From Alphaproteobacteria bacterium (GTDB taxonomy: Bacteria; Pseudomonadota; Alphaproteobacteria; SHVP01), in NCBI GenBank assembly GCA_038148335.1, contig JAYQVF010000001.1:6476-70475 (forward strand): a stretch of DNA of 64,000 bases, in the 5' to 3' direction. Of the stretch, positions 31,037-40,277 are shown piece by piece. How positions within the stretch are numbered: the stretch's first letter is position 1; every line of letters begins with the position of its first letter. Both the position numbers and the translations under genes were made by a program. The notes under the pieces were generated by a model, which was not told the DNA's origin, ran no database searches, and saw nothing but the letters and a program-made list of their open reading frames with translations.

Positions 31037-31113
31037 GACGCCTCCCAGCAAATACCAGGCACACCTTAAAGGCCGCAGGTTTGCCGGGCCAGCAATGTCG
31101 CGGGAGGAGGGGG

Positions 31114-31190
31114 TGGCGCGCCTGGGAAGATTCGAACTCCCGACCCCTAGATTCGTAGTCTAGTGCTCTATCCAGCTGAGCTACAGGCGC
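31114..31190 (-). tRNA. tRNA-Arg (anticodon ACG)
   Basis: The reverse complement gives GCGCCTGTAGCTCAGCTGGATAGAGCACTAGACTACGAATCTAGGGGTCGGGAGTTCGAATCTTCCCAGGCGCGCCA. Anticodon loop CTACGAA; close to E. coli tRNA-Arg(ACG). Confidence 0.92.
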
Positions 31191-31535
31191 ATATCCCGCC
31201 GGGCCGATGAGCCAGCCAGCAGGGAGGCAGGAACCTAATCAATATGAGGTTCCCAGGCAAGAAGGCGACTCGGGATGCAACCGGACCAGCCTACCGGTCC
31301 CCGGACTGGTGCCGAGGCCAGCTAAATGCTAGGTATCCCGGGCAAAATTGCTTGTGGGCACCATGCCCATTTGGTTAAGATCGCCAGCGTCTAATAAACT
31401 TCAAGTTAGCTGCCCCGTATTACCTGTATATTGTTGGATAATCTCAAGAAATGATTGCCCTGCGTTGGACGAAGACCGGTCGCAATCTTTCCGGATTGTT
31501 CCCTTTCGACATGCATATCTAAGGTGTTGCCTGGC

Positions 31536-32720
31536 ATGGTAGGGAAATACTCTTCGGTCGTCTTTGCCCTGGCGCTTGCGCTGGGCGGATGTTCGTTCGT
31601 TTCGGATGCCGTCTTCCCGGGACGAAGCAGCGACAACGAAGCCATCAGTTCTCCGGCCCCATCGACCAACGACGGCGTGCAGGTCGCCCAGGCCAACACA
31701 GGTCCGGCGCCGGCGATCAGCCCGGCCCCGCCGCCGCCGCTCGGCAGCTCGAACTTCAACCCGCCGCCGGTGACGCCCGGCGTCAACACCGGCACGTTCG
31801 TGGGGCAAAAGGTCGCGCAGTTGCGCGGCGAGCTGAGCCAGCTCCAGTCCAACATCGTGACCCAGAATCAGCGCCTGCAGCAGATTCGCGAGCAGCTCTC
31901 GGCAACGTCGCAGCGCTACCACGGCACGATTGCGGCGATCTCGTCGCGCCTGCAGGTCGGCACGACCCCTGGCAACCCTGTTCTGGTGAACCAGTGGAAC
32001 CTCGCCCAGGCCGAACTCGACCGGCTCGGCAGCGACATCAACCAGCTCAATAGTCTGGCCAATTCGGTAGCCTCCGACTCGGCCTTCGCCTCGTTCCTGT
32101 TGGAGAGCACCCGTGCGACCTTCGGGCTGTCGGGTGCGATCGACGAGGACCACCGGCAGCTCGTGATCCTCGAGGACGAGACGAACCGGACGGTCGTTCT
32201 GATCGACCGGCTGCTCAACGAACTCAGCGAGGACGTAAGCCGCCAGACGGCCTATGTCGGGAACGAACGCTCGAACCTGACGACGCTGTCGCTGGCGATC
32301 AAGAACGGCGAATTGCTCGGCCCGAGCCTGGCCAGCCGCGCCTTCACCTCGGCGGCCCCGATCGCAAGTTCAGCACCGCAGGCGTCAGCCACGGCGGCCC
32401 GCGGCAACCAGTTCGCCAGCCGTCGCCCGCTGGTCGTCATCCGTTTCGACCGTCCCGACGTGCCCTATGAACAGGCCTTGTTCTCGGCCATCAGCCGCAC
32501 CCTGGAACAACGGCCGCAGTCGCAGTTCGACCTGGTCGCGGTGGCGCCGAACCGCGGCACGCCGGCCGAGGTGGCGCTCAACACGTCACGCTCGAAGGAC
32601 AATGCCGAAAAGGTCCTGCGGTCGCTGACCGACATGGGGCTTCCGGCCAACCGGGTGCAACTCTCGTCGTCGTCGAGCGCCGACGCCTTCACCAACGAAG
32701 TCCACATCTACGTCCGCTAA
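31536..32720 (+). CDS. hypothetical lipoprotein with Pro/Ala-rich linker and coiled-coil segment
   Basis: ATG at 31536 inside ORF 31455..32720. Lipobox LALGGCS, low-complexity PAPAISPAPPPPLG, heptad-like Q/L-rich stretch, no recognisable enzymatic motif. Confidence 0.55.
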   Translation: MVGKYSSVVFALALALGGCSFVSDAVFPGRSSDNEAISSPAPSTNDGVQVAQANTGPAPAISPAPPPPLGSSNFNPPPVTPGVNTGTFVGQKVAQLRGELSQLQSNIVTQNQRLQQIREQLSATSQRYHGTIAAISSRLQVGTTPGNPVLVNQWNLAQAELDRLGSDINQLNSLANSVASDSAFASFLLESTRATFGLSGAIDEDHRQLVILEDETNRTVVLIDRLLNELSEDVSRQTAYVGNERSNLTTLSLAIKNGELLGPSLASRAFTSAAPIASSAPQASATAARGNQFASRRPLVVIRFDRPDVPYEQALFSAISRTLEQRPQSQFDLVAVAPNRGTPAEVALNTSRSKDNAEKVLRSLTDMGLPANRVQLSSSSSADAFTNEVHIYVR

Positions 32721-32729
32721 GCGGCGCGG

Positions 32730-33728
32730 CTAGCGTCGATACTTTTCCCGGTAGGAGGGGAACGCGCCGAGGCTCTCGGCGTGGTAGACGCCCTTGGCAA
32801 TCGCGCGAGCCGCAACGTCGGCCGCCATCATCCCCACCGTAGCGAGCAGCGGCGCATCGACCGAGACCGAGGTGTGGGTTCCCGTTGCCAAAACGAATAC
32901 GCTGTCGCCGTCGAAGGGCGTATGCACCGGCCGGATCGCCCGGGCAAAGCCGTCCTGCGCCATGATCGCGACGCGACGGGCCTGAACCTTCGTAAGCGGC
33001 AGGTTCGTCGCCACGACGACCAGCGTGGTATTGCCAGCCGCATCGCCTGGAACCTGGTAGGGCAGATCGTCGACGGCAATGCGGCCGATGTCTGACTGCC
33101 CACCGAGTTCGTCCGACAATTCCAGCGGCGCTGCCCAGAACGTGTCCGACCCGGGCACCACGGTTGATCCGAAAGGATTGGCGATCGCCAGCGCACCAAC
33201 CTCGATCCCGTCACGGCGCAAGAGCGAGGCCGTACCAAGGCCGCCTTTCAGCGGCCCTGCCGTGGCCCCCATGCCGGCACCGACGTTGCCTTGCTCGACT
33301 TCAAGGCCCGCTGCGTCGCAAGCGGCATCGGCCATCGCGCGATGGGGCGGCGACTGATGCCAGTCCTGGCGCCCCCCGGCCGGCGGATCGAAGATGATCG
33401 CCGCCGGCACGATCGGGACCCGCACGCCCCGCACCTCGATGCCGCGCCCGTGGCGGGCGAGCCACGAGACCGCGCCAGCGGCCGCGTCCAGACCGAAAGC
33501 GGTGCCGCCCGAAAACACAAGCGCATCGATCGTCTCGACGCTGTTGGCCGGATCCAACAGGTCGGTCTCCCGGGTACCCGGCGCGCCGCCGCGTATGTCG
33601 GCGGACGCTACGCAGGAGCGGTCCGGGAGGATCACGGTCACCCCGCTACGAATCGACGAGTCGGCACGGCTGCCAACTTTGATACCATCGACATCCGTGA
33701 TGGCATTCCGTCGTCCGACCGAGAACAT
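32730..33728 (-). CDS. P1/S58-family peptidase (DmpA/L-aminopeptidase D-Ala-esterase-like, Ntn hydrolase)
   Basis: N-terminal NAITDVDGIKVG motif and GGTAFG motif; start assigned to the ATG at MFSVGRR. Confidence 0.78.
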   Translation of the reverse strand: MFSVGRRNAITDVDGIKVGSRADSSIRSGVTVILPDRSCVASADIRGGAPGTRETDLLDPANSVETIDALVFSGGTAFGLDAAAGAVSWLARHGRGIEVRGVRVPIVPAAIIFDPPAGGRQDWHQSPPHRAMADAACDAAGLEVEQGNVGAGMGATAGPLKGGLGTASLLRRDGIEVGALAIANPFGSTVVPGSDTFWAAPLELSDELGGQSDIGRIAVDDLPYQVPGDAAGNTTLVVVATNLPLTKVQARRVAIMAQDGFARAIRPVHTPFDGDSVFVLATGTHTSVSVDAPLLATVGMMAADVAARAIAKGVYHAESLGAFPSYREKYRR

Positions 33729-33752
33729 GCTAGCGCTCACCGGGCTACGGTA

Positions 33753-35474
33753 GTGAGGGCCACACAATTGATCAATCGCGCACTCGTTAGCATCGCCCTG
33801 GCTGCGACCGCCATCTCATTTCCCGCCGCGGCACAGCAGCCGCCATCCGCCTTCGCCGAACGACAGATGGTCGCGGCGGCGAACCCGTTTGCGGCGCACG
33901 CGGGCCTGACGATCCTGCGTCGAGGCGGTTCGGCGGTCGATGCCGCAATCGCGATCCAGATGGTTCTGAATGTCGTCGAACCGCAGTCCTCGGGAATCGG
34001 CGGCGGCGCCTTCATGCTCCACTTCGATTCCGAGACGCGCAAGATCACTGCGTTCGACGGCCGCGAGACCGCGCCGGCCCGCGCAACCCCGGAAATGTTC
34101 CTCGATGACGCCGGCGACCGCCTGACCTTCTACACCGCGGTCGTGGGTGGGCGCGCCGTTGGCGTACCCGGTACGTTGCGCCTTCTGGAAGAGGCACACC
34201 GACGCTTCGGCCGGCTGCCTTGGCAGGACTTGTTCGGCGAGGCGATCGCGATTGCGGAAAGCGGTTTCCCGGTGTCGCCGCGCCTGCACGCGCTCATCGC
34301 CGGAGACGCCTATCTGGCAACCTATCCCGATGCCCGACGGCACTTCTTCGACAATACGGGCGCCGCCCTTGCAGTCGGCCACGTTCTCAGGAACCCGGCG
34401 CTTGCCGAGACTTTTCGACGCGTTGCCACCCAGGGCGCCGACAGCTTCTACGAAGGCGCCATTGCGCGGTCGATCGTCTTTGCGGTCCAAACCGCGGCGG
34501 ACAACCCCGGCCTGCTCCAAATGGCGGACCTCAGTCGCTACGAGGCGAAGGTCCGCGAACCGGTGTGCGCCTACTACCGTCGTCTTGAGGTGTGCGGCAT
34601 GCCACCGCCGACTTCGGGGGGAGTAGCGACGCTGCAGATACTCGGTATCCTGCAGAACGCCACCCTCGCGGCGGAACCAGCGTGGTCGGCGCGGGCGGCC
34701 CATCTGTTCGCCGAGGCGAACCGGCTGGCGTTTGCCGACCGCAATCGCTATCTCGCCGATCCGGACTTCGTATCCATCCCGGTCGACCGCATGCTGGACC
34801 GCAGCTACCTGCGCCAGCGCTACAAGCTGATTCGAACCGACGCGGTCGTCCCGACTGCTGAGCCAGGCACGTTCCGGCAGGGCAGCCTCCATCCACCGCG
34901 TGCCGATACGGCGCTCGAACTGCCGTCGACAAGCCACTTCTCTGTCGTCGATGCCGAGGGCAACGCAGTCTCGATGACGTCGAGCATCGAGAACGTCTTC
35001 GGCTCGCGGCTGATGGTCAGCGGTTTTCTTCTCAACAACCAATTGACGGACTTTTCCTTCCGGCCCGAAGCCGACGGCCAGCCCGTGGCGAATCGCGTCG
35101 AAGGCGGCAAGCGGCCACGCAGTTCCATGTCGCCGGTGATCGTGCTGGATTCCCGAAAACGGCTCCGCATGGCCGTTGGTTCGCCCGGCGGCAGCCGGAT
35201 CATCGGCTACGTCGCGAAAACCATCGTCGGGGTCATCGACTGGAAGTTGGATCCCCAGACCGCCATCGATCTGCCCAACGTCGTCAACCGTGGCGGGCGT
35301 ACCGAACTCGAAACCGGCGCGTGGGCCACTGCCGTCGGCCCGACGCTGGAAGAGCTCGGTCACGACATCGCCGTCGTGGAAATGACGAGCGGATTGCACG
35401 CCATCGTGAGAGATTCGAGGGGCCTGTGGGGCGGCGCCGACTCACGCCGCGAGGGAATAGCGATCGGCGACTAG
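33753..35474 (+). CDS. ggt: gamma-glutamyltransferase
   Basis: GTG at 33753 gives the signal peptide (MRATQLINRALVSIALAATAISFPAAA). Conserved GGT motifs follow: GGSAVDAAIA, the autoprocessing Thr region (PTSGGVAT-like TSHFSVVD) and GSPGGSRII. Confidence 0.9.
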   Translation: MRATQLINRALVSIALAATAISFPAAAQQPPSAFAERQMVAAANPFAAHAGLTILRRGGSAVDAAIAIQMVLNVVEPQSSGIGGGAFMLHFDSETRKITAFDGRETAPARATPEMFLDDAGDRLTFYTAVVGGRAVGVPGTLRLLEEAHRRFGRLPWQDLFGEAIAIAESGFPVSPRLHALIAGDAYLATYPDARRHFFDNTGAALAVGHVLRNPALAETFRRVATQGADSFYEGAIARSIVFAVQTAADNPGLLQMADLSRYEAKVREPVCAYYRRLEVCGMPPPTSGGVATLQILGILQNATLAAEPAWSARAAHLFAEANRLAFADRNRYLADPDFVSIPVDRMLDRSYLRQRYKLIRTDAVVPTAEPGTFRQGSLHPPRADTALELPSTSHFSVVDAEGNAVSMTSSIENVFGSRLMVSGFLLNNQLTDFSFRPEADGQPVANRVEGGKRPRSSMSPVIVLDSRKRLRMAVGSPGGSRIIGYVAKTIVGVIDWKLDPQTAIDLPNVVNRGGRTELETGAWATAVGPTLEELGHDIAVVEMTSGLHAIVRDSRGLWGGADSRREGIAIGD

Positions 35475-36232
35475 CGGCGCGCCAGAACGAAGAGACGCTG
35501 CATGGGAAACAAGGTGTTGCCATCGGGCCTAGGTGGATAGGCGGCCCGGTAGCGTTGCCGCATCTGATCCAGGAACACCCCTCGCTCGGGCTCTTCCAAC
35601 GCGCCGGCGATGGGGCGCAGTGCCGTGCCCATGATCCATTGCAGGACCGGATCGTCGCCCGACAGCGTGTGGATGTAGTTGGTCTCCCAGATCTCAAGAT
35701 CGGTCGCCACTGGCGCCAGCAGGTCATAGTAGAATTCGGGCGGCTGAACGTGCATGAACGTCAGGTGCGGCCGCAACCGGTCGCGCCAAGGACTGCCTTC
35801 GATACAAGCCACGATCTCGGCATGGGATGGCTGTTCGTAGTTGCGCGGCATCTGGATGGCCAGGACGCCGCCGGGGCGAAGGCATTCGAACAGTCTGGCA
35901 ACGACCCTGCCATGATCCGCCACCCAATTCAGTGCTGCATTGGTGAAGACGACGTCGGCGTCATCCGCGTCGAAGGCGCTAATGTCTTCGCGCTTCCAGG
36001 CCAGCTTCGGCGCCCGCTGCCGCGCCTCGCCCAGCATCTCCTGGGAGGTGTCGACGCCGGTGACCTTTGCCCGCGGCCATTGTTCGGCAAGAAGCATGGT
36101 CACGTTGCCCGGGCCGCAACCAAGGTCGAAGACCACCTCCGGCGAGGCATGATCGATGCGCGCCAACAGGTCCAACGCCGGCTGCTTGCGATACCTCTCG
36201 TAGCGAAGGTAGAGAGCGGGATCCCAAGGCAT
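35471..36232 (-). CDS. tam: trans-aconitate 2-methyltransferase
   Basis: 253 aa with the N-terminal ALYLRYERYR and MTase motif I (VFDLGCGPGN); typical Tam length. Confidence 0.85.
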   Translation of the reverse strand: MPWDPALYLRYERYRKQPALDLLARIDHASPEVVFDLGCGPGNVTMLLAEQWPRAKVTGVDTSQEMLGEARQRAPKLAWKREDISAFDADDADVVFTNAALNWVADHGRVVARLFECLRPGGVLAIQMPRNYEQPSHAEIVACIEGSPWRDRLRPHLTFMHVQPPEFYYDLLAPVATDLEIWETNYIHTLSGDDPVLQWIMGTALRPIAGALEEPERGVFLDQMRQRYRAAYPPRPDGNTLFPMQRLFVLARR

Positions 36233-37692
36233 CAGCCGGTTTGCTGCCGATCAATCCGATCAACGGCAATACCGATCACCTTTGCCGGAAGATCCATGCG
36301 AAACGTCGTTCCGGTGGCGTCGCTGCGGTGCAGGGTCAACGATCCGCCATGACCCTCAAGGAGGTCTTTGGCAATGGCCAGACCGAGCCCGGTGCCCGAC
36401 GACTTTGTCGTTCCGGCAAACGGCCTGAAGAGCGTTTCATGCGCGTCCTCGGGGATGCCGGGGCCATTGTCGGCGAACTCGATGACCACGCTTTCGCCCA
36501 ATGTGGCTGCCGTGATCGCAATGACCGCGTCGCTCCGGCCACTGAGCGCTTCCATGGCGTTGCGCCCGAGATTCATAAACACGCGGAACAGCTGTTCGCG
36601 ATCCGCGCTGACCAAGAGATTGGACGGAATCTGGTTGAGCCATAGCGGCGGACGCCGGTCATCGAGACCGAGCGCAACACCCACGTCGTCGACGATCTCG
36701 CGGAGGGGAAAGGCAGTGCGCTGAGGTTTCTGTTCGCGAATACGACCGACCTGCAGCGTCTGGGTACATAGCCAGATCGCGCGATCGATCGCCTGAAGAA
36801 GGACTGGCGTCGTGCGGCGCACCTCCGGATCGGCGCTTTCGGAAAGGCGGTCGGAGACCAGTTGCGCCGTGGCGAGGATGTTGCGCAGGTCGTGACTGAT
36901 CTTGCTGACGGCCGTACCGAGCTCGGCAAGCCGGCCCTTCTGACGCAGGGCGTTTCGCAGATCGTCTTGCATCGCCGCGAATTCGCGCTGGGCGATCCCG
37001 ATCTCGTCCCCGCGTCCACCCGGCGGCGCTGCCATCGGCGCGCCTTCGGGGTCCTTGCGGAAATCCGTCATGTCCTGCGTCAGATGGCGCAACGGCCGCA
37101 CGATGAGCACGTGCAGGGCGAGGAATACCAATGCACCGGTAAAGACCGAGATGAGGAGCGAGAGGCCGAGGACCCGCCTGGAAAAAGTAAACATCTCGGT
37201 CCGCAGGGGCTGCTCGGCAATCACGACGTCGATCAACGTTGCCGGATCGTCGATGGCCTGTCCGATGACACGGATGGTCCGGTTCGGGCTAACCATCGTT
37301 ACGAAGGCATCCGCGACGGATCCAACGACGGAGCGGTCACGCAGATCGAATGTCGCACTCACGCCATCGGGAACCAGCACGTTCTCACCAAGAATGAGCA
37401 CGCGCGACTCGGCTCGCTTGAGAACGATCGCAAAGATTTCGGCCTGGTCCAGAAGATCCTGTTCGAGCTTGGGCGTCAGCGGCCCATCAGCATTGGCAGT
37501 AAGTGCGAGAGAGGCCAGTTGCGCGGTAGCGATGCGGTCTTCGAGGTAGGTGACGCGAAAACGCGCAATCGACGGCACATAGATGAGAATCTCGGCGACC
37601 ATGACGAAGAACAACGTCAGGACCAGCAACCGGCTAGAGAGGCTGCCTATCCATCGTCGAACCCGCGAGGCGGCTGTGGACGTCTGACGCAT
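36232..37692 (-). CDS. sensor histidine kinase (two TM segments, HAMP, HisKA, HATPase_c)
   Basis: H-box (SHDLRNILATA), N/G boxes (NLGRNAMEA, GTGLGLAIAK) and an N-terminal TM sensor region. The stop overlaps the tam start (ATGA). Confidence 0.85.
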   Translation of the reverse strand: MRQTSTAASRVRRWIGSLSSRLLVLTLFFVMVAEILIYVPSIARFRVTYLEDRIATAQLASLALTANADGPLTPKLEQDLLDQAEIFAIVLKRAESRVLILGENVLVPDGVSATFDLRDRSVVGSVADAFVTMVSPNRTIRVIGQAIDDPATLIDVVIAEQPLRTEMFTFSRRVLGLSLLISVFTGALVFLALHVLIVRPLRHLTQDMTDFRKDPEGAPMAAPPGGRGDEIGIAQREFAAMQDDLRNALRQKGRLAELGTAVSKISHDLRNILATAQLVSDRLSESADPEVRRTTPVLLQAIDRAIWLCTQTLQVGRIREQKPQRTAFPLREIVDDVGVALGLDDRRPPLWLNQIPSNLLVSADREQLFRVFMNLGRNAMEALSGRSDAVIAITAATLGESVVIEFADNGPGIPEDAHETLFRPFAGTTKSSGTGLGLAIAKDLLEGHGGSLTLHRSDATGTTFRMDLPAKVIGIAVDRIDRQQTG

Positions 37693-37729
37693 GGCCTTGA
37701 TTTATCACAATATTCGAGCGTGAGCCACG

Positions 37730-39151
37730 TCAGCCCAGGCGGCCAAGGATGCGCACCAGAGCGCGCACGCCCGGTCTGCTCATGGCGGGCAGAAAGAAGC
37801 TGCCCGCCGCGCGTTTGCCGATCTCCCCGTAGATCGGATAGGGCGTGACCAACCCAGCCCAGGTGCTCAGCCTTTCGCGTCTGGCGACGGCTCGAATCCA
37901 GGGAACGATCAACTCACCCGCATGGCGCGCCACGATCTGCGCGCCCAAGATCCGCCCTCGTAAGGTCGCGACGACCTTGATCAACCCGTCGACATCGCCT
38001 TGGGTCCTTGCACGGTCATTGTCGGCCACCGGCCACCGTGCGACCGACACCCTGCCGAATTGACGTCGCGCCTCAGCTTCGCTCAGTCCAACCTGGGCAA
38101 GCTCGGGATCGGTATAGGTGACACGCGGAACCGACCGATACGAAACGCGCGCGGGAATCCGGAAAAGGATGTTTCGCAGCGCGATACCAGCATGGTACGA
38201 CGCGACGTGCGTGAACTGCGGAGCGCCTGTCACGTCGCCAATGGCAAAGATACGTCGATTGGTAGTGCGCAGACGCGAATCAACCTTGATTCCGACGTTG
38301 TCATAGTCCACGCCCGCACGATCAAGACCAACATCCGTTTGTGGCCGACGGCCCGAAGCGACCAGCAGATGTGAACCCAGGAGTGTCTCGGCGGCGCCGT
38401 TGCGTTCGATGCAAATCGAGACGCCACTCTGACCACCGGTGACCGAAGCGACGGTCGTCCGTTCGAGGAGCGTGACACCCTCCTTGCGCAGGCGTCGATT
38501 GATCAGGGCCGCGACCTCAGGATCTTCGCGGCCCAGACACGAGGCCGCCTCGACAACGGTGACCGTCGCCCCCAGTCGCCTGTGCGCCTGTGCGAGTTCC
38601 AGCCCCACCGGACCACCGCCGATCACGATGAGGTGCTGCGGAAGCTCCGTATTGCCGAACACGGTTTCGTTGGTGAGGTAGGGAACCGACTCGATCCCGG
38701 CGATCGGCGGCACAACCGGTGCGGAACCCGTGGCCACGACAAAGCGGCGGGCGGCAACGATGCGGCCGGCAACGTCCAGTTCCCGTTCGTTGCGAAAGAC
38801 CGCGTTGCCCTTGATGACCTCAACGCCCATGGCCAGGAACCGTGCTTCGGCATCCATCGGCGCGATCGAATCGACGGTTTCCCGAACCCGCAACATCACC
38901 GCGGTGAAGTCGATCGCCGGTGAACCAAACCGGACGCCCAGCGCTGCTGCCTCGCGACCGGCATGGGCTGCTTCACCGGCGGCGAGGAGCGCCTTGGAGG
39001 GTACACATCCGTAGTTCAGGCAATCACCGCCCATGGCCCCACGCTCGACGAGGATGACTTTGGCGCCGAGCATCGCTGCACCGGCCGCGACGACCAGGCC
39101 ACCGGCCCCGGCACCAATGACGCAGATGTCGGGATGCAATCTGTTTTCCAA
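37730..39151 (-). CDS. FAD-dependent pyridine nucleotide-disulfide oxidoreductase (mercuric reductase/dihydrolipoamide dehydrogenase-like, class I)
   Basis: GAGAGG FAD motif, redox-active GGDCLNYGCVPSK, NAD motif (VIGGGPVGLE) and a C-terminal dimerisation domain. Confidence 0.85.
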   Translation of the reverse strand: MENRLHPDICVIGAGAGGLVVAAGAAMLGAKVILVERGAMGGDCLNYGCVPSKALLAAGEAAHAGREAAALGVRFGSPAIDFTAVMLRVRETVDSIAPMDAEARFLAMGVEVIKGNAVFRNERELDVAGRIVAARRFVVATGSAPVVPPIAGIESVPYLTNETVFGNTELPQHLIVIGGGPVGLELAQAHRRLGATVTVVEAASCLGREDPEVAALINRRLRKEGVTLLERTTVASVTGGQSGVSICIERNGAAETLLGSHLLVASGRRPQTDVGLDRAGVDYDNVGIKVDSRLRTTNRRIFAIGDVTGAPQFTHVASYHAGIALRNILFRIPARVSYRSVPRVTYTDPELAQVGLSEAEARRQFGRVSVARWPVADNDRARTQGDVDGLIKVVATLRGRILGAQIVARHAGELIVPWIRAVARRERLSTWAGLVTPYPIYGEIGKRAAGSFFLPAMSRPGVRALVRILGRLG

Positions 39152-39167
39152 GAGGTTGAATCTCCGG

Positions 39168-39878
39168 TCAGGTACCGCGCAGGCGTCGGAAGACGATGGG
39201 AACGAAAGCCAGCAGGGTCAGGCCGGCAACAGGCAGAAGAACCGCCGGCTGCAGGAATACACCGAGCCCTAGCGCCCCCTGCTCCTCGATCAGCGTTCCG
39301 GCACCGGCACCGATCCCGACATACACCACCACACCCGGAATGATGCCAACCGCCGTCGCCACCACGAAATTGCGCAGCCTAACGCCCAGCAAGGCCGGAA
39401 CAATGTTGACCAAAAAGAAAGGGAAGACCGGGACGAGCCGCAGAATGAGCAGGTAGCTCAGTTCGTTCTTGCGGATGCCGGTTTCCATACGGCCAAGCCA
39501 CGGGCCAGCTCGTTCGCGCAGAAACACGCCGAGCGTCGAACGCGCAATCAGGAAGAGCAACGTTGCCCCGGCCGTTGCCGCCACGACGACGAGCGGCACG
39601 CCGACTTCTACCCCGAAGAGAAAGCCGCCGAGCACCGAGAGCAAGGTCGCGACCGGCAGGGAAAACACGACGACGACGACATAGGCCGCGAGGAAGGAAA
39701 GGGCCGCCAGAACGCCATGTCGGGTCACGAATTCCGTCAGCTCCAGGCGGTTCCGATGCAGGCTGTCGAGCGAAATGAAGCGGCCAAGGTCGAGGGCAAA
39801 AAACAAGACGACGCCGAGTACGAGCACGCCCAGCGGGGCCAGACGGACGAGCGGCGACCTCCGCCTTTCCGGCGTCAT
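39168..39878 (-). CDS. DedA/TVP38/TMEM64-family membrane protein
   Basis: ATG at 39878 (MTPERRRS) inside ORF 39168..40559; 236 aa polytopic protein with a SNARE-associated-like core (GFLFGVEVG...[11 protein letters not shown]). Confidence 0.78.
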   Translation of the reverse strand: MTPERRRSPLVRLAPLGVLVLGVVLFFALDLGRFISLDSLHRNRLELTEFVTRHGVLAALSFLAAYVVVVVFSLPVATLLSVLGGFLFGVEVGVPLVVVAATAGATLLFLIARSTLGVFLRERAGPWLGRMETGIRKNELSYLLILRLVPVFPFFLVNIVPALLGVRLRNFVVATAVGIIPGVVVYVGIGAGAGTLIEEQGALGLGVFLQPAVLLPVAGLTLLAFVPIVFRRLRGT

Positions 39879-40054
39879 CGGCCACCCGGGCCAAGCCGCC
39901 GCGAGGACAAGGATCCTCGGAACCGCGCTCTTTCGTTCGAGATTGCCATGGGGCCGGAACTCTAGACCAATTCGGCAGACAGGAATGTCACATTTCCGGA
40001 GGATGCGACCACTGCGAACCGCAGAAATCCGCCCAAAATCCCCGCGTCGGGTCG

Positions 40055-40083
40055 TTGACACCGTGTCTCGGAGCCCGTATACA
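40055..40083 (+). promoter_or_regulatory. candidate sigma-70 promoter of rpmH-rnpA-yidD-yidC
   Basis: TTGACA (40055..40060), a 17 nt spacer, then TATACA (40078..40083), ~50 nt upstream of the rpmH GTG. Confidence 0.4.
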
Positions 40084-40132
40084 CCGGGCCTTGTTTCGGG
40101 GGGCATGGGCCCAGAACCCGAGGAGTACAGCC

Positions 40133-40267
40133 GTGAAAAGAACTTTTCAGCCCAGCGTCGTGGTACGCAAGCGGCGTCATGGCTTCCGAGCGAGAATGAA
40201 AACGGCCAACGGCCGTAAGGTTCTGTCTCGGCGCCGGGCAAAGGGTCGCAAGCGCCTTTCGGCCTAA
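40133..40267 (+). CDS. rpmH: 50S ribosomal protein L34
   Basis: GTG start with AGGAG 8 nt upstream; product [43 protein letters not shown] is near-identical to the L34 consensus. Confidence 0.92.
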   Translation: MKRTFQPSVVVRKRRHGFRARMKTANGRKVLSRRRAKGRKRLSA

Positions 40268-40277
40268 GCGTGCGCGC

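Noticed and set aside
31114-31540. Possible integrative element or genomic island at tRNA-Arg
   Set aside because: No integrase, excisionase, phage genes or duplicated tRNA 3' segment were seen in the flanking sequence. Only the AT-rich spacer remains, which is reported as a finding rather than as a mobile element.
33816-35399. 527-aa minus-strand ORF
   Set aside because: Antisense to ggt; no motifs.
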